This document shows positions 35,559 to 45,453 of a stretch of 64,000 nt of DNA, one piece after another. The notes beneath the pieces were generated by a model that worked only from the letters and a program-made list of their open reading frames with translations, searched no databases and was not told where the DNA came from. The position numbers and the translations under genes are program-made. Source of the stretch: a virus; IMG/VR virus record IMGVR_UViG_3300035701_000001; one strand, written 5' to 3'. Position 1 is the first letter of the stretch, and each line of letters starts with the position of its first letter.

Positions 35559-35779
35559 AAACGCGCGAATCCCTGCAGATCACCGACTCCGAAGTCATCG
35601 ATCTCCTCGATGAAATCCACGAAGAAGCACGGCTGGGCGTGCAGTTCCTCCAGGCTAAGATCGATGTGTTGGAGTCCGTGCTGTCCGAGGACGTGTTCCA
35701 AGGTCTTTCGAACGCCCAAGCCAACCTGGACCGGATCGAACGCGCCTCGAAGCGCGGAGAGAGGAAGAAGACGAGATGA
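35555..35779 (+). CDS. small helical hypothetical protein
   Basis: ATGA coupling, GAGGAGG RBS. Confidence 0.65.
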   Translation: MKTRESLQITDSEVIDLLDEIHEEARLGVQFLQAKIDVLESVLSEDVFQGLSNAQANLDRIERASKRGERKKTR

Positions 35780-36327
35780 CAACCCCAGATCTGACCCTTC
35801 CGGGGACGATTCCTAACCTGTTGCACCGCACAAGCCCGGTCGTGCTTGATTTCGACGGCAAGCTCGTACTCGGTGTCATCGTCGGGACGGACGACCGCCC
35901 GGAGAATCAGCGAGTGGGCCCGTGGCTGGTGGCGACGGTCGAGGACTGGCCGGACTTTCCCCTCGAAGTCGAGGACATGACTCGCTCGTGCAGCGAAGCC
36001 GAGCTTTCCTTGGACCTCACCCACGAGACCGGACGGGCACACGCACGGAAATGGCTGGCAAGGCGTTTTAACTTGCCCACCGAACAAGGAACGCGGTGGC
36101 GACAGCATAGGAGAGAGTATATCGAGGACCCCAGGTGGGTCATCGAAGGAAGTAACGCCAATTCCTCTCAGGATTTCGGGTGGCCGAAGTTCGGAAACCT
36201 GCTTGTTCCATCCCTTGCCGGTCTCGACCCTGACGATCCTCGAACACTGACCGATGGCTCCAAGTGGGTCGATGTCGAAGCTCTCCACCGAGTGTGCCTG
36301 CAGGTTGCAAGTCTGGAGACCCCATGA
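35776..36327 (+). CDS. hypothetical protein (LDLTHETGR motif)
   Basis: ATGA coupling. Confidence 0.65.
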   Translation: MTTPDLTLPGTIPNLLHRTSPVVLDFDGKLVLGVIVGTDDRPENQRVGPWLVATVEDWPDFPLEVEDMTRSCSEAELSLDLTHETGRAHARKWLARRFNLPTEQGTRWRQHRREYIEDPRWVIEGSNANSSQDFGWPKFGNLLVPSLAGLDPDDPRTLTDGSKWVDVEALHRVCLQVASLETP

Positions 36328-37274
36328 TGTGTTGCAAGTCTGGAGACCACGAAATGACAACGCTTTTTCCATGGTGTGACCGACGTATCTCCGGGATCAG
36401 CCAGGGGAAGTACATCCAGCGGTTTGACTCGGCCGGAGGTGGACACCTGGTTGTCTGTATTCCCATTGAACTGAAGCACCTGCAGCCACTCATCGACCAG
36501 GAATTGCAGACAGCCGGGTTTCAAGTCGAAGAGCCCGTCGAGAAGGAAAACGATTCTCCAGCCCCTGCCGGACAGAAGGTCTTGTACGGACAGGAGTACA
36601 ACGACGCAATGCTCCGTGGGTGTCCGAAGTGTCATGCAGCCCCTGGACAACTGTGTGCGGATCGGGGTGGGAGATTCCTGCAGCGAAGCGTTTTCCACGA
36701 AGAACGCGCACTCCCTTCCAAACCAGATCCTGTCTTTCGGACATCGGAAACCCCCTCTCCTCTGTCGAGCGTGATATGTCCCACATGCAAGGCCAAGCCC
36801 GGAGAACCCTGCTGGGAACAAGACATTCCTGGCATCACAGGACGTAGGGCCCTGACCTTGTTTCATACGGCTCGTTACGAGACAGCATGTCGTGCGGCTC
36901 GTCATCCCATGCCAGAACCGAAAACAGGCAAGGGAATATCGAAGGAAGAGGATACAGGGATCTGTATCCGGTCCCTTCCCGATGACTTGCGGGCTGATGG
37001 ATGGTCCGTCGCCGTGCACAACGACTATCACCAGGATGGCAAATGCTTCACGTTCTGGTTGTTCACAAAGGGCAACCGGGCTGTGAAAGGAGAAGGGTTC
37101 ACCGATGCGGAAGCCCTGGACCAGGTTCGCAAGGGGGTGGTCATTCTCTCGATGTCCTGTCCCGCATGCCATTCTCTTCCCGGAGTCCCCTGCTACGCGG
37201 ACATGGATTATCCACCCGGAAGTATCCATCCCGAGCGCACCGAAGCCTACTGGAAACGGCCTGTTGGACCATGA
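36324..37274 (+). CDS. multi-Zn-finger protein with phage GWSVAVHNDY domain
   Basis: Three CPxC.A.PG..C...HxxR modules; LRADGWSVAVHNDY...TFWLFTK...KGEG.TDAEAL; alternative start 36354. Confidence 0.75.
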   Translation: MMCCKSGDHEMTTLFPWCDRRISGISQGKYIQRFDSAGGGHLVVCIPIELKHLQPLIDQELQTAGFQVEEPVEKENDSPAPAGQKVLYGQEYNDAMLRGCPKCHAAPGQLCADRGGRFLQRSVFHEERALPSKPDPVFRTSETPSPLSSVICPTCKAKPGEPCWEQDIPGITGRRALTLFHTARYETACRAARHPMPEPKTGKGISKEEDTGICIRSLPDDLRADGWSVAVHNDYHQDGKCFTFWLFTKGNRAVKGEGFTDAEALDQVRKGVVILSMSCPACHSLPGVPCYADMDYPPGSIHPERTEAYWKRPVGP

Positions 37275-37528
37275 CCTGTTCCCCCCGGTTTACAGGCTTC
37301 GTCGTCTGCCTTCACCATGCCCACGACGACCGTCGGGGTCCCGGTGGGGTCTCTTTGGGCTCGGGAGTGCTGAGAAAATGGCCCTGCGCAGGCGGGGAGG
37401 TTCCCTGGGAACATCGGCAGACGGACCCCTCGTGGAAAATGGCCCGCTGGCCCTGTATCCATCGGCCGGATGAACCCCCTCGGGAAACCTGTCCTGCCTT
37501 CCTACGAGAAGAAGACTTCAAACCCTGA
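37271..37528 (+). CDS. hypothetical protein
   Basis: ATGA coupling only. Confidence 0.4.
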   Translation: MTCSPRFTGFVVCLHHAHDDRRGPGGVSLGSGVLRKWPCAGGEVPWEHRQTDPSWKMARWPCIHRPDEPPRETCPAFLREEDFKP

Positions 37529-37652
37529 TCTTCACGTGAAGACGCATCAAGAGCCCAAGAAAAACCAGAGACCGAGACCAGGACCTCACCGAGGGAAACC
37601 TCTGTTGAAACGCCTAGAAACAGAGTGGATATCCAATCTTGAATAAAATTGT

Positions 37653-37681
37653 TTGACACAGCTTGTGTCATCGAGTAGAAG
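37653..37681 (+). promoter_or_regulatory. promoter/operator copy P5
   Basis: TTGACA-17bp-TAGAAG; TGACAC-AGCTT-GTGTCA; AT-rich upstream. Confidence 0.88.
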
Positions 37682-37713
37682 GAAGAGGCTGGTTCTCATC
37701 CAGGGAGAAGACC

Positions 37714-38325
37714 ATGGCCTCGAAGATCGTTCCCGCCGAAGAAGGAAAAAACCTGGAACCTGGCTGGTACTGGGTCCATTGGAAGGATGGTCACGATGCC
37801 TGTGCTGTCGTGAGCATCGGATCGGATGGGACTCGCTTCATCGTTCCAGAGGATTGGTGCAAACCCAGGACCGACTTCGACTGGCAGAGAGACATCGAGT
37901 CCATGGAGTTTCTTGACTTCGAATCTCGTGGAGAGGACGGGCTCGTCCCGCACGACATCGGAGTGATCCTCACCGACGAGTGCGAGTTCATCGTGAACCG
38001 GGACATCGAGCCAACGACTCCTCTGGAGAAGGCGGTCGTGAAGCTCATCGACGAACGGGACAGCCTCCACACGAACATCGAGAACATCCGGCGTGATCTG
38101 AGACAGGCCAACGAGACACGAGGGGTGCTGGCCGCAGAAGCTGCCAACCTCCTCCGCGAAAACAAGGTTCTCCAGGAGCGATGGAAGGAGGCGGTCGAAC
38201 TGCTGCGGGAATGGCACGATGACGCCAACAACTGCCCTCAGGCCCTCTGCGAGGGGTGTCCCCTTTTCGCGTGGTGTGAAAAGGTGGAAACCTTTCTCGA
38301 TGCCGTTGACAAAAAGCAGGGATGA
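37714..38325 (+). CDS. hypothetical protein with coiled coil
   Basis: GGGAG RBS; first gene after P5. Confidence 0.7.
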   Translation: MASKIVPAEEGKNLEPGWYWVHWKDGHDACAVVSIGSDGTRFIVPEDWCKPRTDFDWQRDIESMEFLDFESRGEDGLVPHDIGVILTDECEFIVNRDIEPTTPLEKAVVKLIDERDSLHTNIENIRRDLRQANETRGVLAAEAANLLRENKVLQERWKEAVELLREWHDDANNCPQALCEGCPLFAWCEKVETFLDAVDKKQG

Positions 38326-38328
38326 ACC

Positions 38329-38598
38329 ATGAAAGTCCGCTGTCCCTTCTGCTCTGCGATGTTCAATGCTCCAAAGGAGGCCTTGGACAAGGACAAGCTC
38401 ATGGTTCACTTGCAGATGGAGTGGAAGAAAAAGTGGGACAACCGCTTCGAACAGGCAAGCCATACGCCGAACTACCGGGAAGCCTACATGGATGGGGCTC
38501 TCGACATCTTTGAGGTCTTGCTGACCTTCGAAGAGGACTTGCAGCTTCTTGATTCCATGACGGCTCTCCTGGAAACCATGAAACGAGGGGAAGGCTGA
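38329..38598 (+). CDS. hypothetical protein (CPFC...H)
   Basis: Possible C2H2-like motif. Confidence 0.6.
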   Translation: MKVRCPFCSAMFNAPKEALDKDKLMVHLQMEWKKKWDNRFEQASHTPNYREAYMDGALDIFEVLLTFEEDLQLLDSMTALLETMKRGEG

Positions 38599-39023
38599 TG
38601 GTTCAACGGCCGGACATCGAGGAAATCCGCGAACGCGCTCAATCCTGGAGGAAGCATCCGGTGGATACCGACCGGGACATCGGAATCCGCTATCTCTGTA
38701 CGGACTGCCTCTCGCTTTGCGACTACCTCGAATTCCTTGAAGGTGAACTCAAAAAAACACGTGAGAATGTCGGAGAGTTGACCATTGCACTTCTGGGGGT
38801 CAAGGAAGGGCACGAACAGAAATCAGAAGTCGTCCTGGCCCACGTCGACCTCCACTGTGAACACCGGGCCTGCTTTCCTCCCTTCGATGAGGTCAAGGCA
38901 CGCTCCATGACGGCAGACCAGGTACGAGAGGCCTACCCCCGGTTCGTCGGGGTCTGCCCTACCTGCGGGGAAAACGTCATCGCGTATGCGTCCATGAACC
39001 ACTACCATAGGGGAGACTGGTGA
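38598..39023 (+). CDS. hypothetical protein
   Basis: TGATG coupling; CEH..C, CPTCG. Confidence 0.65.
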   Translation: MVQRPDIEEIRERAQSWRKHPVDTDRDIGIRYLCTDCLSLCDYLEFLEGELKKTRENVGELTIALLGVKEGHEQKSEVVLAHVDLHCEHRACFPPFDEVKARSMTADQVREAYPRFVGVCPTCGENVIAYASMNHYHRGDW

Positions 39024-39727
39024 TGGGCTATGACCTTGCCATCCGGACTCTTCCCCTGCGGGACGACTCAATCATTCCCGTCGACTTCTTCAACGATTCC
39101 CACAGGACTCTCCTTGAGATTCTCGGCCGTACGCTCCCTTTTGAACCGGTCGAGCATGAGGATACTGTGTGGAGATGCACCGAGTGCGGACGCACCCGTC
39201 GTTTTTCTGTCTCCGTCCTGGCCTACACCCAAAAAGAGTTCTGGTTCCGGCCGAATGCAAACGACAAGGACCTTGCCTGCAACAACGTCGTCTTTCTGCA
39301 AACCTGGGAACACGATGGTCAAGCCCATTGGGACCGTTGGGGTTGGACAACACCCCGTGTGCGGAGCGCCGAGCATGGGCCCCGCTGGACCCCACCTGCG
39401 AAGGCAAAGCTGTTGCGCGAAGTTCCCGGATGCTGCCCTGGTACGACCTGGGACTGGCCCGAGGCGGACCGGGCCGCCGAACAGGTGGCTTTCCTCGCAC
39501 TCCTGCCGTTCTGGGTCGAGGCCTACCGGGCGTTGCAGCAGGGGATCCAACAGGAACCGAATGGTTGGACACAGGGAGGACTTCCCTTCCCTTCCGAATG
39601 GATGAGGGACTCCCTCGCACCCATCGTGCTCTACCATCGCCTCCAGCGCCTGGAGCATGCGATGGCCGAGGTGGTCAACAAGATGAACCAGGCCGGGCAT
39701 TCCCTCTCGTTCGGAACCCAGAGGTAG
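39023..39727 (+). CDS. hypothetical protein
   Basis: TGATG coupling; CTECG. Confidence 0.65.
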   Translation: MGYDLAIRTLPLRDDSIIPVDFFNDSHRTLLEILGRTLPFEPVEHEDTVWRCTECGRTRRFSVSVLAYTQKEFWFRPNANDKDLACNNVVFLQTWEHDGQAHWDRWGWTTPRVRSAEHGPRWTPPAKAKLLREVPGCCPGTTWDWPEADRAAEQVAFLALLPFWVEAYRALQQGIQQEPNGWTQGGLPFPSEWMRDSLAPIVLYHRLQRLEHAMAEVVNKMNQAGHSLSFGTQR

Positions 39728-39730
39728 ACC

Positions 39731-40084
39731 ATGAAAGCAACGGGACTCGAACTCAAGCAATTCTACCAGGACTGGCCTCCTGGCAAGGACTTCTATATCG
39801 ACGAATCCGGGTTCGAAGACGAAAACGGGAACTGGATCCTGGAGCCGGACACGATCTACGAGATCAAGAACCTCGGATTTCTCGGCTGGCAAGGACAGGG
39901 TGGCTGGAAGAACGAACCGAAAGACGAACGCCTGTACACCCTCGAATACTGGTTTGAGAAATGGAAGGTTGGCCACGTCGATACGATGCTCACCGTGACC
40001 CTGCCGGACGACGAAGTCGAAGCGTTCCGCATCCTCTGTGTGGAACACGGATGGAAGGTGTCCGGATGGAAGGTGTCGGAATGA
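39731..40084 (+). CDS. hypothetical protein
   Basis: GAGGT RBS. Confidence 0.7.
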   Translation: MKATGLELKQFYQDWPPGKDFYIDESGFEDENGNWILEPDTIYEIKNLGFLGWQGQGGWKNEPKDERLYTLEYWFEKWKVGHVDTMLTVTLPDDEVEAFRILCVEHGWKVSGWKVSE

Positions 40085-40386
40085 GCTACGAAGTCCGCCG
40101 CTGCTGCGAACCCAACTGCACCGCCACCCAGGTGGGGGGCTCCTACAAGAACAAGGACTGGTACCGCGTGTTCAGCGGATTCATGCGGCACGCCTGCCCC
40201 GAGCATGCCGAGAAATGGCGGGCAAACGACCAGGCCATCTGCGCCTACGAAAAAGAACGCGACAAGGCCTACGACACCTTCATGGACGACGCCAGTGACC
40301 GTTTCCACGCGCAGTACGAGGCCGAACACGGCAAACGCCCGGAGACATTGCCCGCCCAGAACAGCATAGTCGAGAGGAAACCATGA
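40081..40386 (+). CDS. hypothetical protein (CCxxxC...ACPEH)
   Basis: ATGA coupling. Confidence 0.65.
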   Translation: MSYEVRRCCEPNCTATQVGGSYKNKDWYRVFSGFMRHACPEHAEKWRANDQAICAYEKERDKAYDTFMDDASDRFHAQYEAEHGKRPETLPAQNSIVERKP

Positions 40387-40799
40387 GTTCAAACGAGGAA
40401 AAACCAGAGTCTTCTTCCACGACGGACTACCCAGGGTATCCGCTGCGGCTGGGGGATCTACCCATCGGAATTCCGTTCGAGATGCTCAACTACGACGGGA
40501 TGTACAAAAGGGTCCAGACCCAGCAACACCTCCAGACCTACAGCGAGCACCGGGGGACGAAGATTCTTCCGTTCAATGACGACGGATACCACGTTCCCAT
40601 CGTCGAAGAGAAAACGGGAAACCTGATCTGGATGTCCAAGATCAAGCCCTGCCGAAAGCCTGTGAATCGCTGGGAGTTCGAGGTGTCCCCCGAGTGGGAG
40701 GGGTACAACACGAAACAACCGGCTGGAGAGGGTTGGACCCCGTTTGCCCTGATCGGATCGCGCATGGTCTGGCGGCGTTGTACCGGAGGAACCCCATGA
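40383..40799 (+). CDS. hypothetical protein
   Basis: ATGA coupling. Confidence 0.65.
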   Translation: MSSNEEKPESSSTTDYPGYPLRLGDLPIGIPFEMLNYDGMYKRVQTQQHLQTYSEHRGTKILPFNDDGYHVPIVEEKTGNLIWMSKIKPCRKPVNRWEFEVSPEWEGYNTKQPAGEGWTPFALIGSRMVWRRCTGGTP

Positions 40800-41428
40800 A
40801 CCACGTCTTCTTCTCCCCTGTGGATCTACAAGCACTCGGTGGACGTATCGAGGGAGACCCGTTCGAGGTGCGAGCCTGCGATGTGGTCGAGGTCGGATGC
40901 CGGGATTGCCCTGCCTCCACGGTTTGTGATGGGGATTTCTCGGGGACTCTCTCCCCCCTGGTGCTGCCTGAGAGCGGGGCACTCGTTCTGCGCGTGTTGT
41001 GGCGAAGAATGCAGTTCCCGCAACCGTCAGATCCGATGTATGTACCTGAATTCAAACAAACCAAGCGGTACCCAGAGGGAAGTAATTGGTGTCTAAAATA
41101 TCACGGTGAAACAACCCCTTTCTGGGTAGAAGGATCTGTTCTCGACCCCTGCGAAGCTCTCGCGGCGGTACTGCATGACGAAGCCGAGAAAGCAAGGAAG
41201 GACCCACACAAAGAAGATTTATCCGACTCGAAGAAGACCCATCCCGAGCGCGCGGGGAATCCCTGCCCCCACTGCAGTACTCCCATCACCCTGCAGCAAG
41301 GAATGTTTGCCTGGAAAGGGAAGACCTTCAGCGGGCTCGTCTGCACAACCTGCAACGCGCTGTGGGACAACCCCGAAGACAGCTTCCTGCAGACGGCCAT
41401 GAAAAACCCGATGGGGGCAGAGCCATGA
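40796..41428 (+). CDS. Zn-ribbon hypothetical protein
   Basis: CRDC, CPHC..CTTC. Confidence 0.65.
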   Translation: MNHVFFSPVDLQALGGRIEGDPFEVRACDVVEVGCRDCPASTVCDGDFSGTLSPLVLPESGALVLRVLWRRMQFPQPSDPMYVPEFKQTKRYPEGSNWCLKYHGETTPFWVEGSVLDPCEALAAVLHDEAEKARKDPHKEDLSDSKKTHPERAGNPCPHCSTPITLQQGMFAWKGKTFSGLVCTTCNALWDNPEDSFLQTAMKNPMGAEP

Positions 41429-42261
41429 ACCGAGACTCGGAAATCGAGCGCATCGCGAAGCTCTTGCACAAAATCCGCGAGGCCTGGTGCTTTGCCACCT
41501 GCGATGAGTACGTTGCGCGAGACTGGGAGACAACTTCCGAACCCCATCGCGCTGAGTTCCGTGACCTCGCGGTGCAATTCCTGCCACAGGTGAACCAGGA
41601 CCTGGAAATCGAGCGCATCGCGAGGCTTCTACACGAAATCCGAGAGGAATGGACCTTCGATTTCTCGGATGAACACATCGTGCGGAGTTGGGAAACGATC
41701 TCCGAGTCCCGTCGCGCAGAGTTCCGAGACCTTACGGCGCAGTTTCTTCCACAGGAAAGTCCAAGTACACCGGTACGGGTAGAAGTTGTCTACCCATGGG
41801 ATGTGTCCTGTCCTACTTGTGGGGCTGTGAAAAGAAGACCCTGCATTGATGTTTTCCATCACATGTCGATGCCGACGTTCCATCCTTCTCGTATACAAGC
41901 TGCACTCGACAAATCCAAGGGAAGTACCCAGGAAAAACCCTCGAAATCCCGTGTCCCGTCCTTCGCAGAAAGAGAGGGTGGAATCGAGCACTGTCCGGTG
42001 TGCGGGAAGCCGTCCGATCATGCGGTCATCAAGACCACTATCGGTGGAAAAACCGAATACCTGTGTTTTTCGCCCTGGAGAGAGGGGGAGCCAACCGAGG
42101 ATGTCGACGAGGCATTGGTCTGGAAGGGAAATGAAGCCGTGGTTGCGTGGAAAGTAGGGTGCAACTGGAGCTACAACGACGAATATACTCCGGAACCATG
42201 GACTCCCGGCTGGTCTTGGAAACCACTACCCCCTCCCCCCACACTGGATGAAGAGGAATAG
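41425..42261 (+). CDS. modular protein: 2x 55-aa helical repeat + Zn modules + DUF551-like C-terminal domain
   Basis: 165-bp internal duplication; CPTCGA..C..HPSR; WREGEP...W.W.PLPPPP. Confidence 0.75.
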   Translation: MNRDSEIERIAKLLHKIREAWCFATCDEYVARDWETTSEPHRAEFRDLAVQFLPQVNQDLEIERIARLLHEIREEWTFDFSDEHIVRSWETISESRRAEFRDLTAQFLPQESPSTPVRVEVVYPWDVSCPTCGAVKRRPCIDVFHHMSMPTFHPSRIQAALDKSKGSTQEKPSKSRVPSFAEREGGIEHCPVCGKPSDHAVIKTTIGGKTEYLCFSPWREGEPTEDVDEALVWKGNEAVVAWKVGCNWSYNDEYTPEPWTPGWSWKPLPPPPTLDEEE

Positions 42262-42266
42262 TCCCC

Positions 42267-42581
42267 ATGTCCGTCCAAGACGAAATCAATGCCAAGTACG
42301 ATGCAAAGTGGTGGGTGATCGCCCTCGAACTCTCCACGGACTGCACCCGTGTCCTGGCTCTGCGGACAGGGACGATGAGGGAATACAAGAAGCTTTCCGA
42401 AGCCCAGCGTGCTCATGTCATCCCTGTGGTCAACTGGATCGGTACGGACGTCACCGAGTCCCGCAAGGAAGCCAATGCACAAATCCGAAAGAACTTCCCC
42501 GGTCTGCTTCGTCTGATCGAACATCCGATGCTGGATCCGTTCACGACAGATCCAGAAAAAACGGAAGGGACCTCTCCATGA
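42267..42581 (+). CDS. hypothetical protein
   Basis: GAGG RBS; coupled downstream. Confidence 0.6.
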   Translation: MSVQDEINAKYDAKWWVIALELSTDCTRVLALRTGTMREYKKLSEAQRAHVIPVVNWIGTDVTESRKEANAQIRKNFPGLLRLIEHPMLDPFTTDPEKTEGTSP

Positions 42582-42814
42582 TCGACTCGGAAAAAGAGAA
42601 CACCGTCCGCGTGAGCTTTTACTGCACGGCCGAGCAACTGCGCGTCATCCAGAAGGCCGCGTCCCTCATGGGCATCCCCTACCAGTCCTACATCAAGCTC
42701 CTGGCCTATCGGATGGCCATGGGTGAACTTCTCGCGGCCAAGAACGTTCATTCCCTCGAAGAAAACATCGAACATCCCCCCGAAATTCCTCTGATTCCAG
42801 AAGGTCCGAAATGA
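42578..42814 (+). CDS. ribbon-helix-helix (CopG/BrnA-like) DNA-binding protein
   Basis: VRVSFYC..EQL..IQKAASLMGIPYQSYIK. Confidence 0.7.
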   Translation: MIDSEKENTVRVSFYCTAEQLRVIQKAASLMGIPYQSYIKLLAYRMAMGELLAAKNVHSLEENIEHPPEIPLIPEGPK

Positions 42815-43047
42815 GCCTGCAGCCAGGAGAACTCATCGAGATCCTCGATCCCCTCCGCAAGGAATGGATCCGGGGGAAGACGACGAGACGGCTCTCCATC
42901 CGTGACGTTCGCCTCGACCATTCCCCCCGTATCGTCTGGGAGGTCTTCGTTCTCTACAACGGGTTCTCGGAGTTGTGGAGCGTGGAGGAAGACGACACGT
43001 CGAACTGGCGCAGACCTCCAAGCGAAGAGAAGGATGGAGAACCATGA
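42811..43047 (+). CDS. small hypothetical protein
   Basis: ATGA coupling. Confidence 0.6.
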   Translation: MSLQPGELIEILDPLRKEWIRGKTTRRLSIRDVRLDHSPRIVWEVFVLYNGFSELWSVEEDDTSNWRRPPSEEKDGEP

Positions 43048-43319
43048 AAGATTGGAAAAACTTGGCTTTTTACATGGTCATTTCCCTTGTCATGGTAGGA
43101 CTTTCCGCAGGGGTCTGGTCCCTGGTCCTGTCCTTCGCAGAGATGGTGAGATCCTCCGAACACGACTGTAGGAGCCAGGTCATGGTCATGGCAGTCACTG
43201 AGCACAGCAAGAGTGCCTGGACAGGATGTGAAGTGAACAAGACGCTGACCGTCGAAACGCTCCCGGATGGGTCGTCCGTACTCGTGCAATGCCTCTGTCC
43301 AACGGGAGGAACCCCATGA
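43044..43319 (+). CDS. single-TM protein
   Basis: N-terminal TM; ATGA coupling. Confidence 0.65.
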   Translation: MKDWKNLAFYMVISLVMVGLSAGVWSLVLSFAEMVRSSEHDCRSQVMVMAVTEHSKSAWTGCEVNKTLTVETLPDGSSVLVQCLCPTGGTP

Positions 43320-43582
43320 CCGAACCCGAAGACAAGCCCCTCCTGTCCGTCCATCTGCATAACGAGGACCTTGTGCTCAAGATCCAGTATCTCTGGGTCG
43401 AACCCGAGGTCTGGGGCATCGCGCTCGCAGACATCCTGCGGAACGTCGCGGTCGCTTACGCAGGTGAAGACATCGTAAAACGCGAGAAAATCGAGGCAGT
43501 CATCTGGAAGATGATGCGGTCCGAAATGCACCGGCAGACGAGTGCCCTGCACGTGCTTTCTCCGAAAGTGGAAGAACAATGA
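43316..43582 (+). CDS. hypothetical protein (DUF5076-like W..PE.WGI.LAD)
   Basis: WVEPEVWGIALADILRNVAVAY. Confidence 0.6.
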   Translation: MTEPEDKPLLSVHLHNEDLVLKIQYLWVEPEVWGIALADILRNVAVAYAGEDIVKREKIEAVIWKMMRSEMHRQTSALHVLSPKVEEQ

Positions 43583-44025
43583 CGGATCAAGGATATCCAA
43601 GGCTGAACCTCGAAGAGGTCAAGGTCATCGTGTTCGTTCCCCAGGAGGGGGACCCGTTGGGCCTGGTGAAGGATGGGGAACATGGAGACCGGCCACCTCG
43701 AATGTCGAGGTTGATCTTCGGTGGAAGGGAGGACAAGACCGTCCAATGGAGGTCAGTCGGGGCTAGAGACCTGGTCCTCAGCTACGAACCTCCCAAAGTC
43801 AATTCGTACTACTCCATCCTGGGGCTCCTCCTCCTGTATAAGGGCATTCCCGTCCAAATGGGGCTGTGGATCCTCACAGCGACGATAGCCTGCAAGGACA
43901 GGCCCGAGTTGCTTTCCGTCTACTCGAAGAAGCAGGCGAATCAGATCGCACAACTGGCCCAGACTTGTGGAATGGGAACCGTGGTCTACCTCGACGCCGA
44001 GAACAGGGAGATCGAGTCGACATGA
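43579..44025 (+). CDS. orphan member of the 25.9-32.4 kb array family
   Basis: VFVPQEGDPLGLVKDGEHGDRPP...LVLSYE...GTVVYLDAENREI. Confidence 0.8.
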   Translation: MTDQGYPRLNLEEVKVIVFVPQEGDPLGLVKDGEHGDRPPRMSRLIFGGREDKTVQWRSVGARDLVLSYEPPKVNSYYSILGLLLLYKGIPVQMGLWILTATIACKDRPELLSVYSKKQANQIAQLAQTCGMGTVVYLDAENREIEST

Positions 44026-44714
44026 ACGATTCACCCGACAGCAAGGTTCATGAATGGGCATGGCGTTTCAACGTGATGAATGACAGACGCATCACGCTGT
44101 ACTGCGGCGATATCATGCGCGGCTGGATTGACTGGTATTGGAAGGACTGGGACTGCGGGGAATACGAGCCGACCCAAGGCATCCTCCGCTGGCAGGCCGT
44201 GCTACTGAACGAGAACGGCTTGATGCACCCGCTGAACACAGGCACCGAGAAACGCGTATTCGACACGGCCTTCACGGCTGCGTGTGCCCTGGAAGTGGCA
44301 TTGAACCTTCCCGGCATCTCGTACGAAGGCGCCTACGAAGCCTGGAGGAACGACTTCGAGGCGACCCTTGCTATGCGGCGTGCAAAGGTTGCCTGGGAGA
44401 AGGATCATCCCAAGCCCGAGAAGAAGGTAGAACCTGAGTCCAAGCAATCCGCGCCTATCTTCCATCGCCACTGCTCTCACGTCCTCGTCTGCAAGCACAT
44501 CACCGTCGCCGGGTGCCCGGCAGACTGCGAACGATACCTGGACGAGTGCAAGGTCACCTCGACTCCTCTGCCTGCCAGTCTGCCCCACGTCTGCCCCCTC
44601 TGCCACGGAGAGGGCACGCGTACCATTCGATATGGCTTTGCGTTCGATGGCGTGCCGTGTCGTCCATGCAACGGGACGGGGATCGTCTGGTCCCCGAGGG
44701 AGGTAAAGCCATGA
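44022..44714 (+). CDS. hypothetical protein, C-terminal DnaJ-type CxxCxGxG Zn finger
   Basis: CPLCHGEG...CRPCNGTGIVW. Confidence 0.7.
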   Translation: MNDSPDSKVHEWAWRFNVMNDRRITLYCGDIMRGWIDWYWKDWDCGEYEPTQGILRWQAVLLNENGLMHPLNTGTEKRVFDTAFTAACALEVALNLPGISYEGAYEAWRNDFEATLAMRRAKVAWEKDHPKPEKKVEPESKQSAPIFHRHCSHVLVCKHITVAGCPADCERYLDECKVTSTPLPASLPHVCPLCHGEGTRTIRYGFAFDGVPCRPCNGTGIVWSPREVKP

Positions 44715-45013
44715 ACGATGTCATCCGCATCACAGATGATCGTCTTGACAAGTTGCGAGTTGCGTTTGCTCACTATCAATACCATGTAGTATTCTCGTCC
44801 AAGCATGACGGATACACGCAGGTCTTCGGCTTCTGTTGCGGCATTCCGGTAGATGGAAAGATCGTAGTCAATCGCATCTTCTGCTTGGAACTGGAATGGG
44901 GCGAGTGGAAGGCACTTGACAGTGGGCTGGCGAACTGGCTCAAGGCCACAGGGCGTGCGCTTCTGGTGGAACAACTGCGAGAAAGCCTCGCCGCTCTGGA
45001 GGTGAGACCGTGA
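44711..45013 (+). CDS. hypothetical protein (AT-rich)
   Basis: GGAGGT RBS; coupled. Confidence 0.6.
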   Translation: MNDVIRITDDRLDKLRVAFAHYQYHVVFSSKHDGYTQVFGFCCGIPVDGKIVVNRIFCLELEWGEWKALDSGLANWLKATGRALLVEQLRESLAALEVRP

Positions 45014-45375
45014 GCGCCTTTCTCGTCTGCGACGGCTGGTGCAGCTTGGTCGGAGTGGACAAGGAGCATGACCCTCCCTACCTACCTGTCGCCACCAATC
45101 CCAACGCCGCCTACGCCGCAGGCTGGGAACCGATGGTCCATGCAAGTGCCGTTCCTTCCATCGCCCGACAGGTACTCCTCAATGCACATCCAGCAGAAGA
45201 AGCGTGGTGCGATTTCTGCCCTGCATGCCAGGAACGGGCCAAGGCAGAGGGGTACGTTACGGGCTCGTCGGAGGTCATCAGGAAGCTGAAGGCGTGGTGG
45301 CTGTTCGCGGTCGTGTTCACGTCGTTCTGGCCGCTGCACATGTTCTTCCGCTGGATGGAGGGAGGATGGCCCTGA
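45010..45375 (+). CDS. hypothetical protein, C-terminal TM
   Basis: GTGA coupling. Confidence 0.55.
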   Translation: MSAFLVCDGWCSLVGVDKEHDPPYLPVATNPNAAYAAGWEPMVHASAVPSIARQVLLNAHPAEEAWCDFCPACQERAKAEGYVTGSSEVIRKLKAWWLFAVVFTSFWPLHMFFRWMEGGWP

Positions 45376-45405
45376 TCTCGACAACGGCATTCGTCTGAGA
45401 ACGGT

Positions 45406-45434
45406 TTGACACAATGTGTGTCATGAGATAGTCT
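45406..45434 (+). promoter_or_regulatory. promoter/operator copy P6
   Basis: TTGACA-17bp-TAGTCT; TGACAC-AATGT-GTGTCA. Confidence 0.88.
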
Positions 45435-45453
45435 GACGAGAGGAAGGTGGGGA

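Noticed and set aside
34981-44930. Other TTGACA hexamers (near 34.99, 38.30, 44.74 and 44.91 kb)
   Set aside because: They lack the GTGTCA arm and a correctly spaced -10, and they lie inside coding sequence.
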